Source of the DNA: Acidobacteriota bacterium
Lineage (GTDB): Bacteria > Acidobacteriota > UBA6911 > RPQK01 > JAJDTT01
NCBI GenBank assembly: GCA_965217775.1
Contig: CBDCJH010000002.1
Span: 6,144,001-6,208,000, forward strand
DNA length: 64,000 bases
Reading direction: 5' to 3'
Numbering within the stretch: position 1 is the first letter of the stretch; each line of letters starts with the position of its first letter. Positions 50,426-59,732 of the stretch are shown in pieces. Both the position numbers and the translations under genes were made by a program. Below the pieces are notes generated by a model, which was given only the letters and a program-made list of their open reading frames with translations, was not told where the DNA came from and did not search any database.

Positions 50426-50497
50426 CTGTGTGCCTGCGGCGGCCCATGATAGCATGCCCTCCGCGAGATCCCGGGGAGCCAACCAGGGGAGGTGTCC

Positions 50498-52009
50498 ATG
50501 TCTCAAACGATCGATCGGCGCCAGTTCCAGAAACGGTTTTCGGCCGCTCTTGCCGCCACCGCGGTCCTACCGCTGGGATGCGACACGCAGGGTCCGCCTT
50601 CGGAGACTCCCGCTTCGTCCGCGACCGGAATCCCGGAAGGCGGAAGCGGGATCCTGAGCGTGACCCGGGGGGCTCCCGTCCTGACGGTGCCGGAGAAGAT
50701 GCCGGAAGGCGCGCGCTGGCGCTACGGTCTGATTCTCCCCTTCCAGGCCGGTCCTTCCACCGGGGGCGCCTTCGCAAATTTGCGCATCCGAAACGGGGTC
50801 ATGGGCCACAGGATTGGTCATGGCGACTACGAGGTGGGGAACGACGTGGTGCTCTTCGATTCCGTCGAGGGAGTGCTACCCGGCTCGACCCTGGCTCTCC
50901 ACCGAAATCACGACGAGCCGAATCCCCATTCCGATCCACCGGGGCAGACTTCGATCATGGTCAAGTATCCCATGCGGGGGGGCTTCGTTCCCCTGGGGGC
51001 AAAAAACGCCTCCGGAGCGGATCACCCGGGCGCGGGCACCGGGTTCGGCATCAGCCTGGCGCTGGCGCGGCGCAAGCAGGGGTCGGACCATCCCGACGGA
51101 GCCGGCTTCAGCCTGGAGGAGAACTACCAGTACTTCGAGGTGTTCCAACTGGCCTTCGACGGCGAACGGATGCGGCAGACCGATGTGCAGAGGTTCCGGC
51201 CGGAAACCATGGTCGAAGGGTGGTGGATTTACAACGGCGGTCTCGCCAATGCCATTGCCTCGGGTGACGATCTCCTGCTGTGCGTATCCGCGGCGGCGCC
51301 TGAGGGCGGGGGCAGCTATGACCCCCGCGTGCCGGGCGGCTCCGGAGTCATGCGGTGGAGCCGGCAGGGAGGCCGGTGGCAACCCGACTCCTTCGTCATG
51401 GTGACCGGCGCCGACCGCTCCAGCGAGGCCAGCCTGATTCGGGACCATGACGGATCGCTCCTCTTCGCGGCCCGGCCCGGGCCGCAGGATTTCCACTCGG
51501 TCCGGGTGTGGCGGTCCCGGGATGAGGGGCAGACCTGGAAGCAGATCATCGATGTCCGAGGGATCATCTCCATCGCGCCCATCACCCTGAATCTGGCCGT
51601 GGACGGGACTCCATACATCGCGTCCAACATCTACCTGGTGCCGACCCATCCCATCGACAAGCGCTTTCGGACCTTTCGAGACCGTCAAGGCCGAGTGATG
51701 GGAGGCGGTTGGACCCGGCAAAAGCTCTACCTCTGGCCGCTGAACCGGGAGCGAACGGGTTTGGAAGCACCCATTCTGGCCCGCGATTGCCGGGCGGAGT
51801 TCGGGCCGCCACCGGGAGAATCCATGTGGCGGGTGGACCACCCCTTCGCCGCCAATCTCCGGCTGGGAGACGGGAATTGGCACAACGTCATGGGGTACCG
51901 GATCCATGAGGATGTGGAGGACCACGATGCCGTCTCGCCCCCCGAGACCGGATCCTACCTGGAAGAGGTCATCTCCGCCGGTCCGCCGCTTCCTGCTTGG
52001 AGCTTCTGA
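50498..52009 (+). CDS. Tat-exported lipoprotein with a BNR/Asp-box (sialidase-like fold)
   Basis: DRRQFQ Tat motif, LGC lipobox, SEASL, SRDEGQTW. Confidence 0.65.
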   Translation: MSQTIDRRQFQKRFSAALAATAVLPLGCDTQGPPSETPASSATGIPEGGSGILSVTRGAPVLTVPEKMPEGARWRYGLILPFQAGPSTGGAFANLRIRNGVMGHRIGHGDYEVGNDVVLFDSVEGVLPGSTLALHRNHDEPNPHSDPPGQTSIMVKYPMRGGFVPLGAKNASGADHPGAGTGFGISLALARRKQGSDHPDGAGFSLEENYQYFEVFQLAFDGERMRQTDVQRFRPETMVEGWWIYNGGLANAIASGDDLLLCVSAAAPEGGGSYDPRVPGGSGVMRWSRQGGRWQPDSFVMVTGADRSSEASLIRDHDGSLLFAARPGPQDFHSVRVWRSRDEGQTWKQIIDVRGIISIAPITLNLAVDGTPYIASNIYLVPTHPIDKRFRTFRDRQGRVMGGGWTRQKLYLWPLNRERTGLEAPILARDCRAEFGPPPGESMWRVDHPFAANLRLGDGNWHNVMGYRIHEDVEDHDAVSPPETGSYLEEVISAGPPLPAWSF

Positions 52010-52095
52010 GGAAACCATGGAAGCGCCGTGGGAGGGGGGATAGTGTCGCCTCCCGTTCCTCCTCATCCTTGGGACCCACCGGAAGGACCGACCGC

Positions 52096-53256
52096 ATGAG
52101 TGACGACAGCAAGCCCCGCTGGACCGGCGGCGGCTGGGTGCTGCCCAGTGCGGCCGGCGACACGCCGGTCATAGACGCGCACTACCACATCTTCCCTCGG
52201 CTCGGGTCGTAGCCGGAAGGGATCCCCCCGGCGCTACGGCTGAAGTTCTGGCAGTACCACTCGCGCGAATGGATCGATTTCCGGCGGACCGGCACCGGCG
52301 AGCATGTCGGCGAGCGCCTCCTCGAATTCGGCTCGCACTCCATCGCCGACATGCCGGACGTCGGCTTTCGCCTGACCGACCATGGCCAGGCGGAGATCAC
52401 CGTCGACGGGGTCACCTATCGGATGCAGATCTACCCGCCCAGCCTGACCAACAACGAAGCCACGCCGGAGTGAATGGTGGCGGAGATGGACCTGGCAGGC
52501 GTCGACGTGGGCGTGCTCCAGTCGGACCACGTCTACGGGGACCTCAACGAATACTACGCCGAGGCGTCCGCTCGGTATCCCGGTCGGTTCATCGCGCTGG
52601 CTCAGATCTGGGAGCCGGAAGCCGACGCCGCCGGCAGGCTAGCCCGTTTGCGGGAGGGGTTCGATGAGCTGGGCATGCGCGGCCTGTACTTCAGCGTCGA
52701 GCCGCTGTCGGTGATGCGGGTCGACCGCTCGCTGTACCACCCCAGTTTCGATGCCCTCTGGCATCTGGTCGAGGGGCGGGCGATCCCGGTGTTCTGGTTC
52801 CTGGACGACCGCGCGCTGGACCGGGTGGGCCTGTTCATGCGCCGGGTGGCGGAACTGGACGAGTGGACCCGGCGGCATCCGGAGGTGCCGTGCGTGATCA
52901 CCCACGGCTTGGTGCCGGCGGCGATCATCCATCAGATCGGAGTGCCGGAGGAGCTGCTGCGCGTGCTCGAACGGCCGCAGGTGCACGCCGAACTGCTGAT
53001 CCCGGCCAAGTGGCCCGACTACCCGTACCCCGAAGGTCAGATGCTCCTGCGCGAGCTGCGCGACCGCGTCGGCGCCGAGTCGCTGCTGTGGGGGAGCGAC
53101 AGCCCGTACGGGATGTCGCAGTGGTGCACCTACCGGCAGTCGCTCGACTTCATCCGGGTGCACTGCGACTTCCTGTCGGCGGCGGAGAAAGCGTTGATCC
53201 TGGGTGGAAATGCCGCACGGCTGTTCGGCCTGGATCGTTCGGCGCCGCGAGGCTGA
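52096..53256 (+). pseudogene. Amidohydrolase_2-family gene with two in-frame stops (TAG 52210-52212, TGA 52471-52473)
   Basis: One frame from VIDAHYH through EMDLAGVD to LLWGSDSPY and ILGGNAARLF; no frameshift. Confidence 0.85.
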
Positions 53257-53266
53257 GGCCGTCGGG

Positions 53267-53668
53267 TCACGCCCGTTCGTAGACCAGAGCGGCAGCGAGT
53301 CCGCAGGCGACGATCTGAATCGTCCCATAGACGAACCAAGCCAGGGCCAGTGAGAGAGTGATGGGCTGCACGGCATAGGTGGCGAACGCCGCCGGGACGG
53401 AGATCAGGAGGCCGACCAGCAGTCCGTATCGAATCCCTTCCATGGGACCCTTCCCTTCGTAACCCTTGGTGAAGATATAGGTGAAGAGCAGGGACCAGAC
53501 GAGCGCGACCAGATAGATCAAGCCCAGGTTGATCTCCTCCGGCATGCGCCACAACGAATAGGTCTCCTGGTAATAGGGTGTCAAGAGCACCTGATGGATG
53601 ATGAATCCCAGGACCTCGTGCACGACGAAAACCGCCGCGACGGCCAGGACAAATTTCTTGTTCATCAT
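53267..53668 (-). CDS. Small four-TM membrane protein (DUF1761-like)
   Basis: Four hydrophobic segments, EGIRYGLLVG; GGGAGG SD. Confidence 0.75.
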   Translation of the reverse strand: MMNKKFVLAVAAVFVVHEVLGFIIHQVLLTPYYQETYSLWRMPEEINLGLIYLVALVWSLLFTYIFTKGYEGKGPMEGIRYGLLVGLLISVPAAFATYAVQPITLSLALAWFVYGTIQIVACGLAAALVYERA

Positions 53669-54002
53669 TTTCTTCCCTCCCATGAAATGAGTCCTATGTA
53701 CAGCATGTCGAGACGCCAATGCCTCGTGCCGGTCCCCGCCATGACAACGCCGTCAACCGCCATGCCAGTGAGGGGCCGGGGATCGGGTTTGGAGAGGTCG
53801 TCCGCACAATCCTCAAAGCCGGTCGCAGTGGCGTAGAGCCTGGTACGGATTGGCTCGCAAGCGATCTGCAACCGTGTGGACATGGACTCGATTCTAAGTC
53901 AAAACCCCCACCGAATCAGTGGCTCAACCTTGCAATCATGGATTTGTCCTCCACGAATGCAAGGTTCTCCTCGTGAAAAGAATACTGAGCCGCAATTGTT
54001 GC

Positions 54003-54039
54003 TTGACAATAGGTGTACTAGGTGAAATAGTACACCTAT
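54003..54039 (+). promoter_or_regulatory. sigma70 -35 box overlapped by a YtrA-type GntR operator
   Basis: TTGACA 54003-54008; perfect 12-bp inverted repeat ATAGGTGTACTA-N7-TAGTACACCTAT (54009-54039) reaching the GntR ATG. Confidence 0.82.
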
Positions 54040-54451
54040 GCTTCCCTTTACGGTCCGGTTGCGAACCGGCGTCTCGGTCTACCGGCAACTGGTCTATTCG
54101 GTCCAGAAGGCGGTGGTCTCGGGACAGTTGCTACCCGGCGACCGGTTTCCTTCCGTGCGAAACCTGAGCCAGGAACTCCGGATCAATCCCAACACGGCTC
54201 AGAAGGTAGTGAGACGGTTGGTGGACCAGGGCCTCCTGGAGGTCCAGCCGGGCATCGGGACCATCGTGGCCGAGCTTCCGGAGGCGACCCCGCGAGAACG
54301 CTCGGCGCTGTTGGAGGACGAGGTGGAACAGTTGGTGGTCGAGGCCAGGAGGCTGTCCCTGACCCGGAAACAACTGTTTCGAGCTGTGGAGGACCAGTGG
54401 GACCGGCTCTCGCATGCCGGGAATCAGAGGAAGCAGGAGAAGGAGGGCTGA
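54038..54451 (+). CDS. GntR (YtrA subfamily) transcriptional regulator
   Basis: VYRQL, LLPGDRFPSVRNLSQELRINPNT, PGIGT; short C-terminus; upstream of an ABC ATPase. Confidence 0.92.
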   Translation: MLPFTVRLRTGVSVYRQLVYSVQKAVVSGQLLPGDRFPSVRNLSQELRINPNTAQKVVRRLVDQGLLEVQPGIGTIVAELPEATPRERSALLEDEVEQLVVEARRLSLTRKQLFRAVEDQWDRLSHAGNQRKQEKEG

Positions 54452-54452
54452 C

Positions 54453-55370
54453 ATGAACGCCGTCATCGAGACTCAAGGACTGACCCGTCGATTCCGGAAG
54501 ACCGTCGCCGTCAAAGATCTCTCTTTGGAGGTTTCCGCCGGCAGCATCTTTGCCCTGCTCGGCCCCAACGGTGCCGGCAAAACCACGCTCATCAAGATGA
54601 TCATGAACATGGTCTGGCCCTCGGGGGGCAAGGCCGCGATTCTGGGGACCGATTCGCTCCGGCTGGGTCCGCCCCAGTTGGAACGGATCGGCTACGTCTC
54701 CGAGAACCAGGAGCTTCCCGAATGGATGACCGTCCAGGAGCTGATCGACTACTGCCGGCCCTTCTACCCGGCTTGGGACGACGATTTATGCCGCCGGCTG
54801 ATCCACCAGTTCAACCTCCCCTTGGCGCGTAAGCTGAAGACCTTTTCCCGAGGGATGAAGGTCAAGGCAGCGCTGTTGTCGTCCCTTTCCTACCGACCGG
54901 AACTGATGATTCTGGACGAACCCTTCACCGGCCTCGACGCGCTGGTCCGGGATGAACTGATTCGGGGTCTGCTGGAGGTGACGGATCAACAGGAGCGGAC
55001 CATTTTCATCGCGTCCCACGACATCGACGAAGTGGAGCGCCTGGCCGATTGGGTGGGCGTGATCCACAAAGGAGAAATGCAGTTGTCTGAGCCTGCGGCG
55101 TCGCTCCGGGCCCGCTTCCGGCAATGCGAGGCGACATTGGAACAGAACCAGGAAGTGCCGGAGATACTGCCGGAAACGTGGTTGCTGGTCCAGCGGGCTG
55201 GACAGGTCCTCAGTTTCGTAGACAGCGGGTTCCAAAACGGAACCGGTGTAGAAAACATTCGGGAGATCCTTCCGGAGATCAAGGACTTGGACGTGAGTCC
55301 CATGTCTCTGAAGGAGGTCTTTCTGGCCTTGGCTCGAACTTGGCGGCTCTACGACGAGGAGGGGAGATGA
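54453..55370 (+). CDS. ABC transporter ATP-binding protein
   Basis: GPNGAGKTT, FSRGMK, ILDEPFTGLD, ASH. Confidence 0.95.
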   Translation: MNAVIETQGLTRRFRKTVAVKDLSLEVSAGSIFALLGPNGAGKTTLIKMIMNMVWPSGGKAAILGTDSLRLGPPQLERIGYVSENQELPEWMTVQELIDYCRPFYPAWDDDLCRRLIHQFNLPLARKLKTFSRGMKVKAALLSSLSYRPELMILDEPFTGLDALVRDELIRGLLEVTDQQERTIFIASHDIDEVERLADWVGVIHKGEMQLSEPAASLRARFRQCEATLEQNQEVPEILPETWLLVQRAGQVLSFVDSGFQNGTGVENIREILPEIKDLDVSPMSLKEVFLALARTWRLYDEEGR

Positions 55371-57019
55371 ACCTGATACTCCACATCGTTCGCAAGGACT
55401 TTCGGCACCTGCGTCTCTATCTGGCCGGTTGGTTGGGATTGTTGATCGTCGCACCCGTCGTCGTCACGCTCGAGTGGCGTCTGCAGCTCTTCTCGATCGC
55501 TCTCATTGGAGTACTGAAGATCGTCTTGCTGGCGTTGATCGTTTCGAGTTTGGTCCACAGCGACTCTCTCGTGGGCACCACGTCATTCTGGCTGAGCAGA
55601 CCCGTATCCGGCCGGCAGCTCCTGGCCGCCAAGTCGTTTTTTTTGGCCGGCACACTGATTTTCCCCACTCTTCTGGTTGAAGTCCTAATTCTCCTATTTA
55701 ATAGCGTGACCGCACGGGACATTCTTCGTTCTGTTCCTGAGACCCTTCTCTACACTCTCTTGGCCATTGCAATCCTCATGGTGCTAGCGGCATTGACTCG
55801 TAGCCTTCTCGAGATGTTGGCCTTTGGGCTTGTCTCTGTGGTCGCTATGACTGTGTTTGCGTTTGCGATCGCGGTAGTTGGGGGCTTTTCTTTTACCGAA
55901 TCGGGGCCTTTCGATCATATGGCCAGTATGACTTTCCAAAAGTCAAAATGGATAGGGTTTTTTCTTTGCCTCATGGTGACCGCCGTGATCATGGTCTGGG
56001 TTCAGTTTCTGACCCGACGGACCAGGCAAAATTTACTCTTGACATTGTCGGCACTTTTCCCCTGTGTTCTTTTGCCCACGCAATTGTGGACATGGGACCT
56101 CATGGCCGCAGTACGGAGTCCGGAGCATAAAATAGTAGACTCAGACGGGATTACGGCACGGATCGACCAGCAGAGTCTCAAGTTTTTCCGAAAAGCCTCG
56201 ACGTCGTTGCGAGATAGACGGCTAGTTCTCCACGGGAACATCGTGGTTGAGAATCAACCTCCCGATCTAATGGTCGTGCCACTTAGGGTCGTTTCACGCG
56301 TGTCCTTTGGTTCCGAAGATTTCGGATATAGCGAGCACGATGTGAACAAGTATGAATACAGGCAACTTGGAGCCGGAGGTTTTGGATCTGCAGACTCGGA
56401 TCTGGATGACGCTCGCGTCGAGGTTTTTGAAAAGGCTCTAGGAAGTGTGAGCCTTTTCGCCGACAAATATAGACTTGAACCTGGGTATGTTCCCAAGTTC
56501 TCGGAGATTCCCGAAGAGGACTATGAGAGACGGGCGGCAACCCATGGCAAGCTCTCGGCGAAGGTAGAGTTTCTTATTCAAAAGCTTGAGATCACGCCGC
56601 TGGCTATGGAAGAGGGGGCTCGATATCGCCGAGGCTCAGATCACGCCGAAGTCCTGGAAACGACCATTCTAGGAAAACGAAACAAAATAATGGAGATCAG
56701 CCTGAAGGAGTCAAGCCACTGGCTGTTGCCGGATCGACCAAAAGGCCGGTGGTACGTCTTGCGAAATCGCTCTCGAGGAGAGGCGCTATTGGGGAACGAA
56801 CGGAACTCAAATTTATTCGGCGTAGTTCCTTTTATCCTCCCTACAGTAAGTTTCAATCATTTGAGGCTCGAATTTTTCCTGCCGCATGTCGATCCCTCTT
56901 ACGGTCCCGAATGGTTTGAAGGAGCTGAACTCTTCAGAATCGACATCACCTACCTCGGTTCCGTTTCCAAGTCGCTTCACATGCAGAACCTCGTCATGAA
57001 GGACATCCCCGGTCCCTGA
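55367..57019 (+). CDS. ABC-2-type permease with large C-terminal soluble domain
   Basis: ATGA overlap; HIVRKDFRHLR, FWLSRPVS..QLLAAK, about 7 TM segments. Confidence 0.8.
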   Translation: MNLILHIVRKDFRHLRLYLAGWLGLLIVAPVVVTLEWRLQLFSIALIGVLKIVLLALIVSSLVHSDSLVGTTSFWLSRPVSGRQLLAAKSFFLAGTLIFPTLLVEVLILLFNSVTARDILRSVPETLLYTLLAIAILMVLAALTRSLLEMLAFGLVSVVAMTVFAFAIAVVGGFSFTESGPFDHMASMTFQKSKWIGFFLCLMVTAVIMVWVQFLTRRTRQNLLLTLSALFPCVLLPTQLWTWDLMAAVRSPEHKIVDSDGITARIDQQSLKFFRKASTSLRDRRLVLHGNIVVENQPPDLMVVPLRVVSRVSFGSEDFGYSEHDVNKYEYRQLGAGGFGSADSDLDDARVEVFEKALGSVSLFADKYRLEPGYVPKFSEIPEEDYERRAATHGKLSAKVEFLIQKLEITPLAMEEGARYRRGSDHAEVLETTILGKRNKIMEISLKESSHWLLPDRPKGRWYVLRNRSRGEALLGNERNSNLFGVVPFILPTVSFNHLRLEFFLPHVDPSYGPEWFEGAELFRIDITYLGSVSKSLHMQNLVMKDIPGP

Positions 57020-57081
57020 CCGGCTGGATTGTTGATTCCGGGGTGTCCGGCTGCTATCAATCTCTCGAGGAGGAAGCGCCG

Positions 57082-58638
57082 ATGAAGTCCGGGTCACGCC
57101 AGAAAAATCGAAACGATCAGGTGGACAGGCGGTGTTTCATCCAGGGAAGTGCTGTCACCGCCCTGACGGCCGCCGCTTCCTGCGCCGGACCGGGCAGCGA
57201 TTCCGGTGGCTCTGCAACAGCCATCGAACTGGAGAACCGCAAGCCGGGTACACGGGACTGGCAGTTGACCCGGGTCTGGGTCGACCGCGGAAGCTATCGC
57301 AGCGCCCGCATCGAAGGGTACTGCTCCCACCAGTCCATCGAGGCCGGCGACACCCTCTCCATCTTCGTCAGCACCGAACCCGCCAGCCCCTTCCGACTGG
57401 ACTTCTACCGGATGGGCTACTATGGCGGCCACGGCGGACGTCTGATGAAAACGGCGGGACCGTTGGAGGGCACGCCCCAACCCCTGCCGGAGGTCGGGCC
57501 CAATCGGCTGCGCGAGTGCCGCTGGGAACCGAGCCTCGAATTCAAGATCCCCGAAGACTGGACCAGCGGAGTCTATCTGGGCAAGCTCACTACGCTCCCG
57601 GCGGGGAATCAGCCCTACTGGCAGAGCTACGTCATTTTCATCGTCCGGGACCGGCGGCCGGCGCACCTGCTCTTCCAGTGCTCGGACAACACCTGGCAGG
57701 CCTACAACCGCTGGCCCGACAACTACTCCCTTTACACCCATCCCGAGGGAGCCCACCATCCCGGCGTGGCGGCCAGCTTCGATCGGCCCTACGCCAAGTT
57801 CCCCATGTTCGCCGATTTCCCCCTTTCGGTGGGGACGGGGGAGTTCCTGCTCTGGGAGTATCCCCTCTGCTACTGGCTGGAACGGGAAGGACTGGACGTC
57901 ACCTATTGCTGCAACTGCGACGTGCTCGAGCCGTCGTTCGTGACCCGCTGCCGGGCCTTCGTCAGCGTCGGACACGACGAGTACTGGGACCTGGCCCAGT
58001 ACCGGGCCATCGAAACCGCCATCGGGGAAGGGCTCAACATCCTCTGGCTCAGCGCCAACGACGTCTACATGGTCAGTCCCTTTACGCCTTCCTCGACCGG
58101 CGCCCCCAACCGCATCATCACCCGGCTCCACAGCTATGGCCCGCTCCGTCCCGAAGAGATCGAGAGATATTCGAAGATTCTGGGTCCCTTCGAGGGGGCC
58201 GGCCCCGATGAGCGGAACATCATCGGCGCCCGCACCGTGGTCCCCTTCAACGGATCCGGCGACTGGATCTGCACGGCGCCGGAGCACTGGATCTTCGAGG
58301 GGACCGGCATGGCGAAGGGAGACTTCATTCCGGGTCTGGTGGGCTGGGAGTTTCACGGCGACCCGGACCTGGAGCGGGAGGGTCTGGAGGTCGTGGCCCA
58401 GGGGACTGTCTGGACTCACGGAGTGACTCCAGGGGAGTGGGCCGCCACCATCTTCCCCGGTCCCAAGGGGAACTTCGTCTTCAATGCCTCCACCATCTTC
58501 TGGGCCCAGGGTCTGGACTTTCCGCCGGGGCACACCGTGCCCTGGACCCATTTCACCCGGCCCCACGGCCCTGATCCGAGGGTTCAGCGCATCACCCGAA
58601 ATCTCATCGACCGGGCCGCCGCTCCGAACCCGCTCTGA
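57082..58638 (+). CDS. N,N-dimethylformamidase beta-subunit-like (DUF6605) Tat lipoprotein
   Basis: DRRCFI Tat, IELENRKPGT..W, TWQAYN.W, SFDRPY, VGHDEYW, VFNASTIFW. Confidence 0.82.
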   Translation: MKSGSRQKNRNDQVDRRCFIQGSAVTALTAAASCAGPGSDSGGSATAIELENRKPGTRDWQLTRVWVDRGSYRSARIEGYCSHQSIEAGDTLSIFVSTEPASPFRLDFYRMGYYGGHGGRLMKTAGPLEGTPQPLPEVGPNRLRECRWEPSLEFKIPEDWTSGVYLGKLTTLPAGNQPYWQSYVIFIVRDRRPAHLLFQCSDNTWQAYNRWPDNYSLYTHPEGAHHPGVAASFDRPYAKFPMFADFPLSVGTGEFLLWEYPLCYWLEREGLDVTYCCNCDVLEPSFVTRCRAFVSVGHDEYWDLAQYRAIETAIGEGLNILWLSANDVYMVSPFTPSSTGAPNRIITRLHSYGPLRPEEIERYSKILGPFEGAGPDERNIIGARTVVPFNGSGDWICTAPEHWIFEGTGMAKGDFIPGLVGWEFHGDPDLEREGLEVVAQGTVWTHGVTPGEWAATIFPGPKGNFVFNASTIFWAQGLDFPPGHTVPWTHFTRPHGPDPRVQRITRNLIDRAAAPNPL

Positions 58639-58655
58639 GGGACCGACGCATCGCC

Positions 58656-59576
58656 ATGAGCCCGACGTTGCTGGTGCTGGCTGCCGGGATGGGCAGCCGC
58701 TACGGAGGCCTCAAGCAGATCGACCCGGTGGGACCCGGCGGGGAGACGCTGCTGGACTACTCCGTATACGACGCCGTCCGCGCCGGTTTCGGCCGCGTCG
58801 TCTTCATCGTGCGCGGAGACATGGAGTTGGATTTCCGGGATGCGGTGGGGACGAGGATCGAGCGGCAGGTGCCTGTGGAATACTGCCGCCAGGAGCTGGA
58901 TATGGTTCCCGCGTGGTTCTCAATCCCGCCTGAACGCCGCAAGCCTTGGGGCACGGGGCACGCCGTGCTCGCGGCCCGGGACGCCATCGGCGGGAACTTC
59001 GCCGCCGTCAACGCCGACGACTTCTACGGCGCCGGCTCCTACCGGAAGCTGGCAGGTCTCCTCGAGCGGGCGGCGGACGGCCGCGGGGGCGACTACGGGA
59101 TGGTGGGATTCCGTTTGCGCGATACGCTCTCGGACCACGGCACCGTGGCCCGTGGGGTTTGCCGCAGCCGCCAGGGTTTCCTGGTTCAGGTGGCAGAGAT
59201 GACCCGAATCGAGAAGACCGGCGAGGGAGCCTGCTACACCGGCCCGGAGGGGCAGGTCCACGCCCTCTCCGGAGACGAACTGGTCTCCATGAACATGTGG
59301 GGGTTCACCCCATGCATTTTCGACCATCTGGAACGGGCTTTTACCCAGTTCCTGCGAGAGCAGGGCAGGGAAGAGGGGGCCGAGTTCATGATTCCCACGT
59401 TGGTCAACGACCTCGTCGCCGCCGGTCAGGCGAAGGTCCGGGTGCTCAGCGCCGTGGATGCCTGGTTCGGGGTCACCTACCGCGAGGACCGGGACCGGGT
59501 CACGAGTCAGATTCGGGAGCTGGTACGCCGTGGATCCTATCCGACCCCCCTTTGGCGAGAATTTTTCTATCTATAG
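58656..59576 (+). CDS. Sugar-phosphate nucleotidyltransferase family protein
   Basis: LAAGMGSRYGGLKQ, KPWGTGHAV, NADDFYG, SMNMWGF, WFGVTY. Confidence 0.9.
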   Translation: MSPTLLVLAAGMGSRYGGLKQIDPVGPGGETLLDYSVYDAVRAGFGRVVFIVRGDMELDFRDAVGTRIERQVPVEYCRQELDMVPAWFSIPPERRKPWGTGHAVLAARDAIGGNFAAVNADDFYGAGSYRKLAGLLERAADGRGGDYGMVGFRLRDTLSDHGTVARGVCRSRQGFLVQVAEMTRIEKTGEGACYTGPEGQVHALSGDELVSMNMWGFTPCIFDHLERAFTQFLREQGREEGAEFMIPTLVNDLVAAGQAKVRVLSAVDAWFGVTYREDRDRVTSQIRELVRRGSYPTPLWREFFYL

Positions 59577-59590
59577 AAAATCAGGAGTCA

Positions 59591-59614
59591 GTATTTACTA
59601 TTGATAGTAAATAC
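59591..59614. promoter_or_regulatory. AT-rich palindrome, putative operator
   Basis: GTATTTACTAT-TG-ATAGTAAATAC perfect 11-2-11 inverted repeat. Confidence 0.55.
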
Positions 59615-59671
59615 ATGTCCCATTGTGGGGAAGCAGCGGGTGACGACGCCACGGCAAGGCCGGAGCGGCGC

Positions 59672-59701
59672 TTGACAGGGATTCGGCTTCAGGGGTACCT
59701 T
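59672..59701 (+). promoter_or_regulatory. Putative sigma70 promoter of the DUF1501 operon
   Basis: TTGACA-18 bp-TACCTT. Confidence 0.45.
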
Positions 59702-59732
59702 TCAACCATATATCTACCCCGGCGGTGATCCC

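Noticed and set aside
53665-53883. 72-aa minus-strand ORF upstream of the membrane protein
   Set aside because: No family recognised; may be a gene remnant, but evidence is insufficient
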